A stretch of DNA of 64,000 bases from an uncultured Hyphomicrobiales bacterium (GTDB taxonomy: Bacteria; Bacteroidota; Ignavibacteria; Kapaibacteriales; UBA2268). Each line of letters begins with the position of its first letter. Position 1 is the stretch's first letter. The stretch spans positions 68,609 to 132,608 of the forward strand of contig CAYWYR010000002.1 in NCBI GenBank assembly GCA_964462685.1, read 5' to 3'. Made by a program: the position numbers and the translations under genes. The notes beneath the pieces were generated by a model. That model made no database searches, was not told the DNA's origin, and worked only from the letters and a program-made list of their open reading frames with translations. Positions 18,683 to 28,579 of this stretch are shown here, piece after piece.

Positions 18683-20059
18683 TTGGTATCTAAAACTACT
18701 ATACGAATATACCGCAGTATTATGACAATAGAAGACACTAAAAAAAGACTTTCGGCTATTGAAGAGCAGTTGGTTGATCTTAAAGGCAAGCAATCTCAGC
18801 TAATGGCTAAATGGAGTATTGAAAAAAACAGTATAGCCAAGATACGGTCTATAAAATCACAAATAGATGAGCTGAAAACCGCGGCGGAAAGATATGAACG
18901 TGAAGGTATGCTTGAGAAGGTGGCGGAAATCAGGTATGGCCGTATCCATCAGCTTGAGGCTGATCTGCAATTAGCCAATGACAAGCTACAGGATCTACAA
19001 GAAGGATCAAAACTTCTGAATGAAGAAGTAAACTCCGAGGATATAGCCCATATAGTTGCTAAAGCTACAGGCATACCAGTATCTAAGATGATGGAGACTG
19101 AAAGATCGAAGCTTGTTACAATGGAGGATAAGCTTAAAGATAGGGTCGTTGGTCAGGATCATGCCGCCATTGCCATATCAAATGCAATCAGAAGAAGCCG
19201 TGCCGGCATGCAAGACGAAAACCGCCCAATAGGTTCCTTTGTTTTTTTAGGAACAACAGGGGTTGGAAAAACGGAAATGGCAAAATCACTGGCATCTTTC
19301 CTATTTGATGATGAAAAAGCAATGGTCAGGATCGATATGAGTGAATATAGCGAGAAATTCGCTGTTTCGAGACTTATAGGCGCACCGCCTGGATATGTAG
19401 GTTATGACCAAGGCGGGCAGCTGACCGATACAGTTAGGCAAAGGCCATACGCAGTAATACTCTTGGATGAAATAGAAAAGGCGCATCCTGAGATATTCAA
19501 TATACTCCTCCAGGTTCTGGATGACGGGAGACTGACCGATAGCCGCGGAAGAACAGTAGACTTTACGAACACCATCATCATAATGACGTCAAATATCGGT
19601 ACCGATATAATACAAAAGAGAATGACTGAAATCACCCACGAAAATAAATCAGTTATTATGGGTGAGATCAAAGATCAGGTTATGGGTCAAGTAAAAGGGT
19701 TTATGCGTCCGGAATTTCTCAATAGAATTGATGAGATCATACTTTTCAACCCATTGGATGAGGTTCAGATACAGAGTATCGCGAGTATTCAATTACAAAG
19801 ACTTGAGGCCAGGATTCTCAAGAACAACGAGATCGAACTTGAATTATCTAACGAAGCTCTGGAATGGTTATCCAAGATAGGGTATGATCCTACTTATGGT
19901 GCGAGACCCTTAAAGAGAGCTATTCAAAAGCATATCATTGATGAACTATCGATGAAGTTTCTCTCAGGCGATATAGCTAAGGGCGATAAAGTAAAGGTAC
20001 ATGCTGATGAAAACGGAAGTTTTACATTTACTACGTTAAAAAGTAACGAGAGCATATAA
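18683..20059 (+). pseudogene. clpB: N-terminally truncated ClpB (part of the M-domain, NBD2 and C-terminal domain); probable ATG at 18722
   Basis: KVAEIRYG (M-domain), GTTGVGKT, APPGYVGY, LLDEIEKAH, RPEFLNRIDE and YGARPLKR. No N-domain or NBD1 coding sequence upstream in the frames I read. Confidence 0.8.
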
Positions 20060-20135
20060 ACTTTTTATATAACTTCCGAATTGTACGAAGTATAATTACC
20101 AATGACTTTTAATTAGCTAACAACTATTATATAAT

Positions 20136-21917
20136 ATGCTCGATAAAAGCCTAATATATCTCTGGACTTTTTTTATCCTGACAGTTTCTGTTACTCTTTC
20201 TGGTTGCGGATCAAGCAAGAATATTACAGCTGATAATTTTCAGGGTTCCAGTAAAATCTCAAAAGGAGATACGGCAACGATAAGTTGGTATTTTAAGAAT
20301 GCTGACAGAACACTGTTTGAAGGTATAAATAAAGATCCTCAGGATTCAATTAAAGTAGCTCCCGAATTTACGACAGACTATAGAATAGATGCGATATCCG
20401 ATAATGACACACTATCGGTTATATGGAAAGTCGAAGTTGAAAACGAAATTGAATCTATACCGAATAGCGATATAAATAATTTTTCATCACAAAGCTTTAG
20501 TGAATCGGAATATCTTATCGGTGTGGATGATTCAGATATTTCGGAGGCCGATATATTAAATCAGTTAAGCAAGCTAAAAGTACTTGCTCATAAATATGAA
20601 GAAGATAAACTACATTTAAATTTAGCATTACTAGATAGATACGGAAATCAGTTGACAGAAATTTTGACTGGTGATCCTAAATTATCATTGACTCTGAAAT
20701 GCAGTGATAATATAAGAGAGCTACCATTAATCAGTATCGATAATTATTTACTCAGCGATGAGATTCCCATTGATATTCTTATAGATGACAGCGGGGATGA
20801 CAGTAAATTAGAATCACTCATAGATCGCATAATAAAGTCGATAAATACTTTAAATATAAATAACGAAGTAAATATATCTTTCCTGAGTAAGAATGATACC
20901 TACAATAATGATAATATTAATATCCCGATAGACTATAATCTCAATAATTCGTATTCTAAGCTATTTAATAAATCTATTGAAAAAGAGAAGCTACTTATTT
21001 ATATAAACAGTACCAACGATAACTCATCGCTTATTTACACGCCTAAAGATATTGTTCTGGCTGCAAAAGATAAAGGTACATCCATTTATATACTTCAATC
21101 AGGTAACGAGGCAGACCCGATGCCTTTGAGATATATTTCCTCAAATACAGCAGGCACTTACTATAATATCGATTCTGATATAAATGATATATTAAAAGAG
21201 ATAGTTCTGGGACGAAAGTATGGAATAAATGCTGTCTTTAATACTGATAATTTGAGTGAGTATCCATGTGATGGAAGATTAACTCTAAACGTTGAAATAG
21301 ACAATTCAGAATTCACAACGTTTTATAATCTTTTAGATGATTCACCGAATCTAATGTCTTCTGATCAGATCTTAGCCCTTTTTGAAAAGAATTCGATAAG
21401 ATACTTATCGGATTATTCTGATAATATCAAAAGATTAGCTGAGACATTAAAAGATAATCCAGGTTATAAGATACAGCTTCTCGGCCACTCTGGTGTCGAG
21501 ACTTCTCAAAACAATATCGCATTAGAAAGAGCAAAGAGTATAAAAGATAAGTTGATCTTGAATGGTATTGATTCTGATCGCATCAATATAAGGGATATGG
21601 GCAACAGTAAACCGATGTACCCATTAGAATCATCGGCTTATCAATCAGCTTATAATAGAAGAGTAGAGGTTAGATGGATTACTCCGCTGACATTCCCGTA
21701 TGAGATCCATGTAGAAAGTGCAGACTCAGAAAATATAGCTTTAGAAAAGTCTTTAAAATGGGAGGATAGAGGATATAGAGTGTATTATGATAGATACATG
21801 GAATCAGGTATTCCATATTACAAAGTTTTGCTATGGGGCTACAGAACAGAAAAAGAGGCTTTAGAGGCTAGCGCAAGGATAAATGACAATTATGGATTGC
21901 TTTCTAAGGTTTTTTAA
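20136..21917 (+). CDS. Lipoprotein with vWA-like, OmpA-like and C-terminal SPOR-like domains
   Basis: Lipobox LSGC; DILIDDSG; IQLLGH...ALERAKSIK...MGNSKP...NRRVEV. The last ~70 aa resemble SPOR (inference). Confidence 0.7.
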   Translation: MLDKSLIYLWTFFILTVSVTLSGCGSSKNITADNFQGSSKISKGDTATISWYFKNADRTLFEGINKDPQDSIKVAPEFTTDYRIDAISDNDTLSVIWKVEVENEIESIPNSDINNFSSQSFSESEYLIGVDDSDISEADILNQLSKLKVLAHKYEEDKLHLNLALLDRYGNQLTEILTGDPKLSLTLKCSDNIRELPLISIDNYLLSDEIPIDILIDDSGDDSKLESLIDRIIKSINTLNINNEVNISFLSKNDTYNNDNINIPIDYNLNNSYSKLFNKSIEKEKLLIYINSTNDNSSLIYTPKDIVLAAKDKGTSIYILQSGNEADPMPLRYISSNTAGTYYNIDSDINDILKEIVLGRKYGINAVFNTDNLSEYPCDGRLTLNVEIDNSEFTTFYNLLDDSPNLMSSDQILALFEKNSIRYLSDYSDNIKRLAETLKDNPGYKIQLLGHSGVETSQNNIALERAKSIKDKLILNGIDSDRINIRDMGNSKPMYPLESSAYQSAYNRRVEVRWITPLTFPYEIHVESADSENIALEKSLKWEDRGYRVYYDRYMESGIPYYKVLLWGYRTEKEALEASARINDNYGLLSKVF

Positions 21918-23613
21918 TAGGGCTGTGAATTGGCAAAGATATATTCATTTGTTTTTTGCCATTATTGATGCTTTTATAGTTGATTTTACCACTCAACAGC
22001 TTTAGGGAGTAATTAAAAAGATTATAGTTAGAGTTTCCGCGCATATAAATATTCATTGGGTCAGATTTGAGATTGTCAGATACAAATTCTAATATTATAG
22101 AGTCATCACTCATTTTAATATTGATATCTATCTTAGAATTATTTTGTGTTAGTAAATAATTCAGTAAACTTCTTATTAGTACAGTGTAAATCTGCTGATT
22201 GATCCTTACATTCTGATTATTGATATCACATGAGATATTAACTTCTCTGTCTTTTAACTCGTGTTTTAGAATATGTTGATTTATTAAATGTATATCTGAA
22301 ATATATCGTTTATCATCGTATCTCTCAATAGTACTAAGATCTAAAATAGTTGTAATATAACCTATGGATTTATTGTATATCTTATCATATTTAATGAAAG
22401 AATCATCAATTATTGATGGATTCGATACTTTTATAAGTTCATATATAGTGATGATATTAAGTAAGGAATCACGAATACCAGCATTAATATTAGCTATTTC
22501 TGATAAAATATCTAGATGAGCGTTGTCACCGTGGTCCCTATTTTCATATATTATATCATTTACTCTTTTCTTATAAATATCTAGATTTTTCTCTAATGTC
22601 TCTATAGTTTTGGATTTATTTATTTGAAGCTTATCTATTTCAGTTTTATAATTATCAGTAATTGTACTGACAAATGATATGTCGATAAATGTTTCAACTA
22701 TTATTTCCTTGAAAGGAAGTTTCACGATACTTGAGTTTCTGATCACAGATATCTTTCTACCGCCCTTTGTAATAAGTGTGCTCGGAAGCTGGCCAAAAGA
22801 AACTGTATATGAGTCAAATATATCATTTAAAAAAACATCTTTCTCAATATCAATAGGTTTATAGTTTGATAGTTCTTCTGCAAAAGGGTTGACATTAATA
22901 ATTTTTTTACTATTGCGATCAGCCAATACTATTCCAGCTTGCACAGTGTCTATAATAGCTGAAAGCTGTCTTTTACTATTGTGTAGTTCTACGGTATTCG
23001 CTTTTATTATCTGATCTTGCTCCTTTACGATATTGCTGTTGGCTTTCTTGAGTTTTACAGATAATAAATCAGCTGCACTGATATCACAGAAATTCTGTAT
23101 TGCCTCCAATAGTGTGATATCTGTTTTTTCCTTGGATACTAAAATCAAAATCCCGTAGAAACCCTCTATAGTAATCAATGGTAATACGGAAACAAATAAT
23201 TCTTCATTGCTATCTGGATGATGAATTACATCTTCTCTGTATGATTTAGTTCTGAGAATCTCTTTTAAAATGTTTTTCTGTTCTATAATGTCATAGATTT
23301 TTTTTATATCTCCAATGTGTTCAATAGGCTCAACTGTATTTTGTACAAAATTAAAGTTGGTATTTAGAGTATATAAACCCAGATATTTTGTATGGTTTAT
23401 AGCAAGAAGAGATAATTGTATTTTCTTTTTAAGGCTGTAATTACTGTCTAGTTCGTTCCGAAATGAAATTAAATTATTTGAAATCTGTATAGAAGATAAT
23501 CCATCGATTTCGATTTTGGAATTTAATTTATCATCGATTCCTTGGTGTACCAAATCAGCTTTCAGACCTTCTAAGTCTAAATCTTCTAAATAGTCTGATA
23601 TATTGATATCCAT
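21904..23613 (-). CDS. PAS-domain protein with degenerate kinase-like C-terminus
   Basis: GIVLADRNSKKIINVNPFAEELSNY is PAS-like. The C-terminal region has HisKA/HATPase-like layout but no clear H/N/G boxes. Confidence 0.5.
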   Translation of the reverse strand: MDINISDYLEDLDLEGLKADLVHQGIDDKLNSKIEIDGLSSIQISNNLISFRNELDSNYSLKKKIQLSLLAINHTKYLGLYTLNTNFNFVQNTVEPIEHIGDIKKIYDIIEQKNILKEILRTKSYREDVIHHPDSNEELFVSVLPLITIEGFYGILILVSKEKTDITLLEAIQNFCDISAADLLSVKLKKANSNIVKEQDQIIKANTVELHNSKRQLSAIIDTVQAGIVLADRNSKKIINVNPFAEELSNYKPIDIEKDVFLNDIFDSYTVSFGQLPSTLITKGGRKISVIRNSSIVKLPFKEIIVETFIDISFVSTITDNYKTEIDKLQINKSKTIETLEKNLDIYKKRVNDIIYENRDHGDNAHLDILSEIANINAGIRDSLLNIITIYELIKVSNPSIIDDSFIKYDKIYNKSIGYITTILDLSTIERYDDKRYISDIHLINQHILKHELKDREVNISCDINNQNVRINQQIYTVLIRSLLNYLLTQNNSKIDINIKMSDDSIILEFVSDNLKSDPMNIYMRGNSNYNLFNYSLKLLSGKINYKSINNGKKQMNISLPIHSPIKKP

Positions 23614-23615
23614 AC

Positions 23616-24476
23616 TTATCTCAAAAGTATATTAATTGCATGGTCTATTTCTTTTTCAAATATTGGTTGGTTCTCTGTAAAAAAATCATTTTCGATTTTT
23701 AATTTTTTCCATATATCTTTATTTAGTTTGGGTATGATATTATCACCAGCATCGCCTATTCCTGTCATATAGGAATATACAAAGGCCAAATGAACAGTAG
23801 CTGACAAATCCTGATATCTACCCTCTGGATATCCGTTATAAAGAGAATCAAACATTTTTTTTAGAGGTATTGGTAACTTCCATTTTTTAGCAATGTAGCC
23901 GGCGATAGTGCTATGGTTCATCCCTATTACTTTATTTTCGATTTGCACTAATGATATGTTGTTCTCTTTTGCATGGCTAATTAATTGAAGATAAAGCTCT
24001 GGCACGGTTTTTATGAATAACAGTTTACCTATACCGTGGATAATCCCACCAATCAGATATTCTTCAATATTTTTTTTGCCTCGGTTCCTTGCTATGTTTC
24101 TTGCCACTACACCTACGCTGAAAGAGAACTTCCAAAAATCGGGTAAAGAAATAGCATCTGCGGATTTCAGTTCTTTGAACTGGTTGATAATCGAAAGAGC
24201 TAATACTATTGACTTTGTCTCTTGAAATCCGATACTTACTACAGCCTGCTGTACTGATGTTATTTTCCCTACAAAACCATACATGGCGGAATTAGCCACA
24301 CGAAGTACTTTTAAAGCTGATGATTGATCCTGTGAGATAATATCACCGATTTGTTTAGCACTGGAAAGCGGGTTTGCTATAGCATCGCTAAGCTGTGAGT
24401 AAACTGTCGGAAGAGTCGGAAAGTCATCTATTTTGGCTATGATATTCTGACAGAGTTTTTTCTGCTTATCTGTCAC
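23616..24476 (-). CDS. HDOD domain protein
   Basis: FPTLP, ISQDQSSALKVLRVANSAMYG, SVQQAVVSIG, IHGIGKL and NHSTIAGYIAKKWKLP. Confidence 0.92.
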   Translation of the reverse strand: MTDKQKKLCQNIIAKIDDFPTLPTVYSQLSDAIANPLSSAKQIGDIISQDQSSALKVLRVANSAMYGFVGKITSVQQAVVSIGFQETKSIVLALSIINQFKELKSADAISLPDFWKFSFSVGVVARNIARNRGKKNIEEYLIGGIIHGIGKLLFIKTVPELYLQLISHAKENNISLVQIENKVIGMNHSTIAGYIAKKWKLPIPLKKMFDSLYNGYPEGRYQDLSATVHLAFVYSYMTGIGDAGDNIIPKLNKDIWKKLKIENDFFTENQPIFEKEIDHAINILLR

Positions 24477-24780
24477 CGTTAATACCTCTTTGAATAGAAG
24501 CTGCTTTTAACATATCTATTTCTAACTGATTCTCAGGCTTCCAACCCATCTTCTGCAGAAGGACCTTCATATTCTCTTTTATAGATTCTTCGGATTGCTG
24601 TATTTCGTCTTCGGCCTGTTTGATAAAGATACCCTCCACAGTCCAGTTATTGAGTGTGGGTATATGCTGTTTAGTGATTACCACCCCAGCTTTTACCATA
24701 GTTTGCCCAAAATCATTTTTAATATCTTTGGCAACAACCATGCCTTCTTCTATTTCATCAAGATTAATATATTTTGGCAT
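24466..24780 (-). CDS. Small protein resembling the N-terminal domain of HD-GYP proteins
   Basis: LDEIEEGMVVAKDIKNDFGQTMVKAGVVIT. Confidence 0.6.
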   Translation of the reverse strand: MPKYINLDEIEEGMVVAKDIKNDFGQTMVKAGVVITKQHIPTLNNWTVEGIFIKQAEDEIQQSEESIKENMKVLLQKMGWKPENQLEIDMLKAASIQRGINGDR

Positions 24781-24831
24781 ATTTTGGAGAAGGTAGAATC
24801 TTACTTTATGATAAGATTATATTGATTAAAT

Positions 24832-25128
24832 GTGATAAGTTCAAATATAACCTATAAATCATTAATGCTCAAACAAGAAGAATCAGTTGCTAATGCCACC
24901 AATATGACTGATGTTAAAGAAGAACTTCAATATCTGATCAAGGAAAAGTATCCAGATTATGATGAAGAGGGTTTATTTCAGCATATAAAGCAAGAATTTG
25001 CAGATAATCCGCCTGACCAAGAAGATATCAGTAGCTCCGTCAACAATGCTGTGTGGTTTATGCTTTGGGTAGGCTTGGGAATAGCAGCAGTTGGCCTGAT
25101 CGGACTCTTTATATTAGATAATATTTAA
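24832..25128 (+). CDS. Hypothetical protein with C-terminal TM helix
   Basis: ORF with hydrophobic tail VWFMLWVGLGIAAVGLIGLFIL; start uncertain. Confidence 0.55.
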   Translation: MISSNITYKSLMLKQEESVANATNMTDVKEELQYLIKEKYPDYDEEGLFQHIKQEFADNPPDQEDISSSVNNAVWFMLWVGLGIAAVGLIGLFILDNI

Positions 25129-25150
25129 ATACAATATGGTTTGAATCTGA

Positions 25151-26209
25151 ATGGATACTAAAGTTTATGATGTGATAGTAGTCGGAGGCGGACAGAGCGG
25201 TTTAGCTTGTGGATATTACTTAAGAAGAGCTAAGCTTGAATATCTGATCATTGACAATCATCCTGAGCCGGGTGGCGCCTGGCAACATGGGTGGGATAGC
25301 CTTCATTTGTTCTCTCCGGCGGAACACAGCTCACTTCCTGGGTGGATGATGCCTAAGTCCCGAGATGAGTTTCCTTCCAGGGAACATGTGATTTCATATC
25401 TAAAAGAGTATGAAGAAAAGTATGATCTTAATATGCTTAGGCCTGTTAAAGCAACCTCAATAGAACACATTAACGGTTTAGTAACGGTTAAGACAAGCAA
25501 AGGTGATTATAAAACAAAAGCCGTGATCTTTGCCACAGGAAACTGGAGTAATAAATACATACCTGAATATAAGGATTATAATGTTTATGAGGGCATAAAG
25601 TTACATTCGGGCGACTATAAATCATACCATCCTTTTATCAGTAAAAAGGTTCTTGTCATTGGTGGTGGTAATTCAGGAGCACAGATAGCGGCCGAACTCT
25701 CTCTTTACTCCGAATGCATCTGGATTACGCTAAAAGAGCCAGAGTTTTTGCCAGAGGATATTGACGGTAGAGCTTTATTTGATTATGCTTCATCTAGATA
25801 TAGGAAAATACAAAACGGCAATACAGCCAAAACTCCAAGTCTAGGTGATATCGTTCAAGTACCAGATGTTAAGAAAGCTCTGGATGACAATAGATTTGAC
25901 ATTAGAAGGCCATTCAAAAGGTTTACGACAACGGGCGTAGAGTGGGAAGATGATACTGAAGAAGATTTCGATGCCGTTATCTGGTGTACTGGTTTCAAGC
26001 CTGAACTAAGAGTTATCAGTTCTTTTTTAGGTATGGATCCAAGTACGGAGAAATTAAAGCTAAACGGTACTAAACTGAATGATGAAAACCCGGTTTGGCT
26101 TGTTGGATACGGCAACTGGACAGGTTTCGCATCAGCAACATTGATAGGTGTGGGACGTACTGCTAAGAGAACCGTAGAAGAGATAAAACAATATCTCGGA
26201 TCAATTTAA
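25151..26209 (+). CDS. ArsO-like NAD(P)H-dependent flavin monooxygenase
   Basis: GGGQSGLACGYYLRR, GGAWQHGWDSLHLFSP, HSGDY, GGGNSGAQI and WTGFASATLIGVGRTA. Confidence 0.85.
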   Translation: MDTKVYDVIVVGGGQSGLACGYYLRRAKLEYLIIDNHPEPGGAWQHGWDSLHLFSPAEHSSLPGWMMPKSRDEFPSREHVISYLKEYEEKYDLNMLRPVKATSIEHINGLVTVKTSKGDYKTKAVIFATGNWSNKYIPEYKDYNVYEGIKLHSGDYKSYHPFISKKVLVIGGGNSGAQIAAELSLYSECIWITLKEPEFLPEDIDGRALFDYASSRYRKIQNGNTAKTPSLGDIVQVPDVKKALDDNRFDIRRPFKRFTTTGVEWEDDTEEDFDAVIWCTGFKPELRVISSFLGMDPSTEKLKLNGTKLNDENPVWLVGYGNWTGFASATLIGVGRTAKRTVEEIKQYLGSI

Positions 26210-26231
26210 AGACAACTCCCAATTCCCTATT

Positions 26232-28454
26232 TTGTATAATAACAGATTTATACCTGTCCTTTTTATCACACTTTTCCTGAGCTCATGTTCTGGATGGGAT
26301 AATTTCATCACTTACTTTAATACTTACTATAATGCAGATAGACTAATTGAAGTAGCAGAGGATGATTTCGAATATTATGAGGAGCGCAGGCGCGTAGTTC
26401 CAGGTGTATATATGCCTGAACCTGAGAATCTTAGAACAGAGACCAATAAGAACGGTATCCCGGATTTTATGAGGGAGTTTGAGATAACCCCCGTTCAACG
26501 CCAAACTATGGCTACGAAACTGGATTCTGTCATAATTAAGGGATCAAAGATACTGGCCAATCACCCGAAGAGTGATTACATAGAGGGTACCTTATTTTTA
26601 ATGGCAAAAGCTTACTTCTATAGAAATGAGTATTTGCCGAGCCAGATAAAATGCTCGGAACTGGTAGATAAATTCCCTGGCGGACAGTATTCACCCGATG
26701 CGCACCTGCTTTTCGCCAAGAATCTACTTATGCAGAGGAATTTTGAGTTCGGTAATCTAATGCTATCGAGATCAGTAGATATCGCATGGCAGCTCGAGAG
26801 ATATGATATACTTTCGGAAGCTTTTAGGTTACAGGCCGAAGTAGCGCTTTACAATCATGACAAAGATGCCGCCGTTAGGCCGTATCTGCAAGCAATAGCA
26901 CAAAGTGAGGACTCGGAGTTCGCGGCGGAACTTCAAAAGAACCTTGCGGTTATTTATTATAGACTGGGTTTGTTGGAGGAAGCTGTCGATGCATTTGAAA
27001 AAGTCGACGATTACTCACCCTCCTACTTATCAATGTATGAAGCAGATCTTTACAAAGCCATATCTCTTGCAAAACTGGGCAAGAATCAAGAGGCAGCAGA
27101 GATAATTGATTATCTCGACAACGACGGTAAGTTCGAGGAGTGGAAAGATTTTACGTATGCCGGTAAAATGTATGTAATGGAACAACTACTGGATGATAAA
27201 GAGCTAATCGCTTATGAAAAAAAGACAGATACCACTCGAGAGGTAAACAACAACAGGCTTTTAGCTGTTTATTACTACGAGAGAGGAATAAAGTATTATG
27301 ATGATAACGAATTCGCTAAGGCAAACTCTTATTTAACGAAAGCAAAAACCTCTAAAACGCCGGCCTTGTATGATGCTTCTTTCAAATCGCAGAACATAGG
27401 GGATATATTCAGATACAGAAAGCTGATACAAGACCATACAGCTTATGAAGATATAGAAAACGATACTGTTCAATCCGAACTTAATAAAACCACCAGAGCT
27501 AAGAATAAGAATGCTGAAGTAGCATCACTGCTTTATGAAACAGGCAGAGCTTTTGAAAGGTTGGGAGAGTTAGATTCTGCTTATGTGTACTATAAACAGT
27601 CCTCTGCTAAAGCACCCGATGACCCCTATTCCGCTAGATACTATCATGCATGGCAAAGATTCGAAAGGCAGAACGAGAATTATTTCACTGCGGATTCTAT
27701 TGCTGAGTTCATAGCCGACAGATACCCGAATACTGAGTTTGGTATAGACGCTATGGAGCAAATCGGACTTATAGTGGAAAAGTTTGTTGTAGATACTATT
27801 GTCGAAACATACGATTCCGGGCAGAGCCTCCGTGCGAACGGAGATTATGATTACGCTGTACAACAGTTCAAGAAAACCTATTCAATAGCAAAGGACAGGC
27901 CAGGTGAAACCGACTATGCAGCAAAATCACTATACGCAATCGGCTGGACTTACGAACATGATCTGAAAAAACGGGACAGCGCCTCAGTATATTATTACAG
28001 ATTGGTAGATGAATATCCGAATACGGAGTATGCTAAAGAGTTCATACTGTCCAAACAATTTATGGCAGCTCTTAGATCGGGGCAGCCTATACCTGACTCC
28101 CTTCAGTTAAACCCTAACAGGACTGAAGTCCCTGAGTTTAAGCCATATACCTTACCCAAGCCTGTGATGATCGATAATCAAGCTCAGAACCCTGGTGTTT
28201 TCGATATGATACTTGACCCTTCATCCTTACTGGAAAAAAGTAAAGAGCTTATAACCAATACGATAAGCGATACTTATAACTCAATAGACAGTACGGTCAA
28301 GAGCGGCGCTAATGATCTTGATAGCTTAAGGAATATGGAAATGCCATCTATGGATAGCTTACTCAAGCAAGACAGTACTTCTACTTCTCCAAGCTCTGAT
28401 ACTATTGATTCAAACCCTATCTCGATACCCACAGATACTGTTCCCAGAAAATAA
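26232..28454 (+). CDS. TPR lipoprotein, SprE/PorW-like (T9SS periplasmic component, tentative)
   Basis: Lipobox LSSC, YFNTYYNA, KGSKILANHPKSDY...LFLMAKAYFY and many TPR helices. Confidence 0.65.
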   Translation: MYNNRFIPVLFITLFLSSCSGWDNFITYFNTYYNADRLIEVAEDDFEYYEERRRVVPGVYMPEPENLRTETNKNGIPDFMREFEITPVQRQTMATKLDSVIIKGSKILANHPKSDYIEGTLFLMAKAYFYRNEYLPSQIKCSELVDKFPGGQYSPDAHLLFAKNLLMQRNFEFGNLMLSRSVDIAWQLERYDILSEAFRLQAEVALYNHDKDAAVRPYLQAIAQSEDSEFAAELQKNLAVIYYRLGLLEEAVDAFEKVDDYSPSYLSMYEADLYKAISLAKLGKNQEAAEIIDYLDNDGKFEEWKDFTYAGKMYVMEQLLDDKELIAYEKKTDTTREVNNNRLLAVYYYERGIKYYDDNEFAKANSYLTKAKTSKTPALYDASFKSQNIGDIFRYRKLIQDHTAYEDIENDTVQSELNKTTRAKNKNAEVASLLYETGRAFERLGELDSAYVYYKQSSAKAPDDPYSARYYHAWQRFERQNENYFTADSIAEFIADRYPNTEFGIDAMEQIGLIVEKFVVDTIVETYDSGQSLRANGDYDYAVQQFKKTYSIAKDRPGETDYAAKSLYAIGWTYEHDLKKRDSASVYYYRLVDEYPNTEYAKEFILSKQFMAALRSGQPIPDSLQLNPNRTEVPEFKPYTLPKPVMIDNQAQNPGVFDMILDPSSLLEKSKELITNTISDTYNSIDSTVKSGANDLDSLRNMEMPSMDSLLKQDSTSTSPSSDTIDSNPISIPTDTVPRK

Positions 28455-28535
28455 AACATAATTCCCCTTTTAGCTTTTCGTTTAATAAAATTCAGGTATT
28501 TCAAATACCCCATCCAAAGTCTATATATATTCAAG

Positions 28536-28543
28536 TATATTTG
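28536..28543 (+). promoter_or_regulatory. Candidate -7 promoter element TATATTTG for the kinase/che cluster
   Basis: Matches TAnnTTTG, 36 nt upstream of the ATG at 28580. Confidence 0.45.
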
Positions 28544-28579
28544 CCGTGAAGAATTTATCATAATCGTGACTTATAAAAT

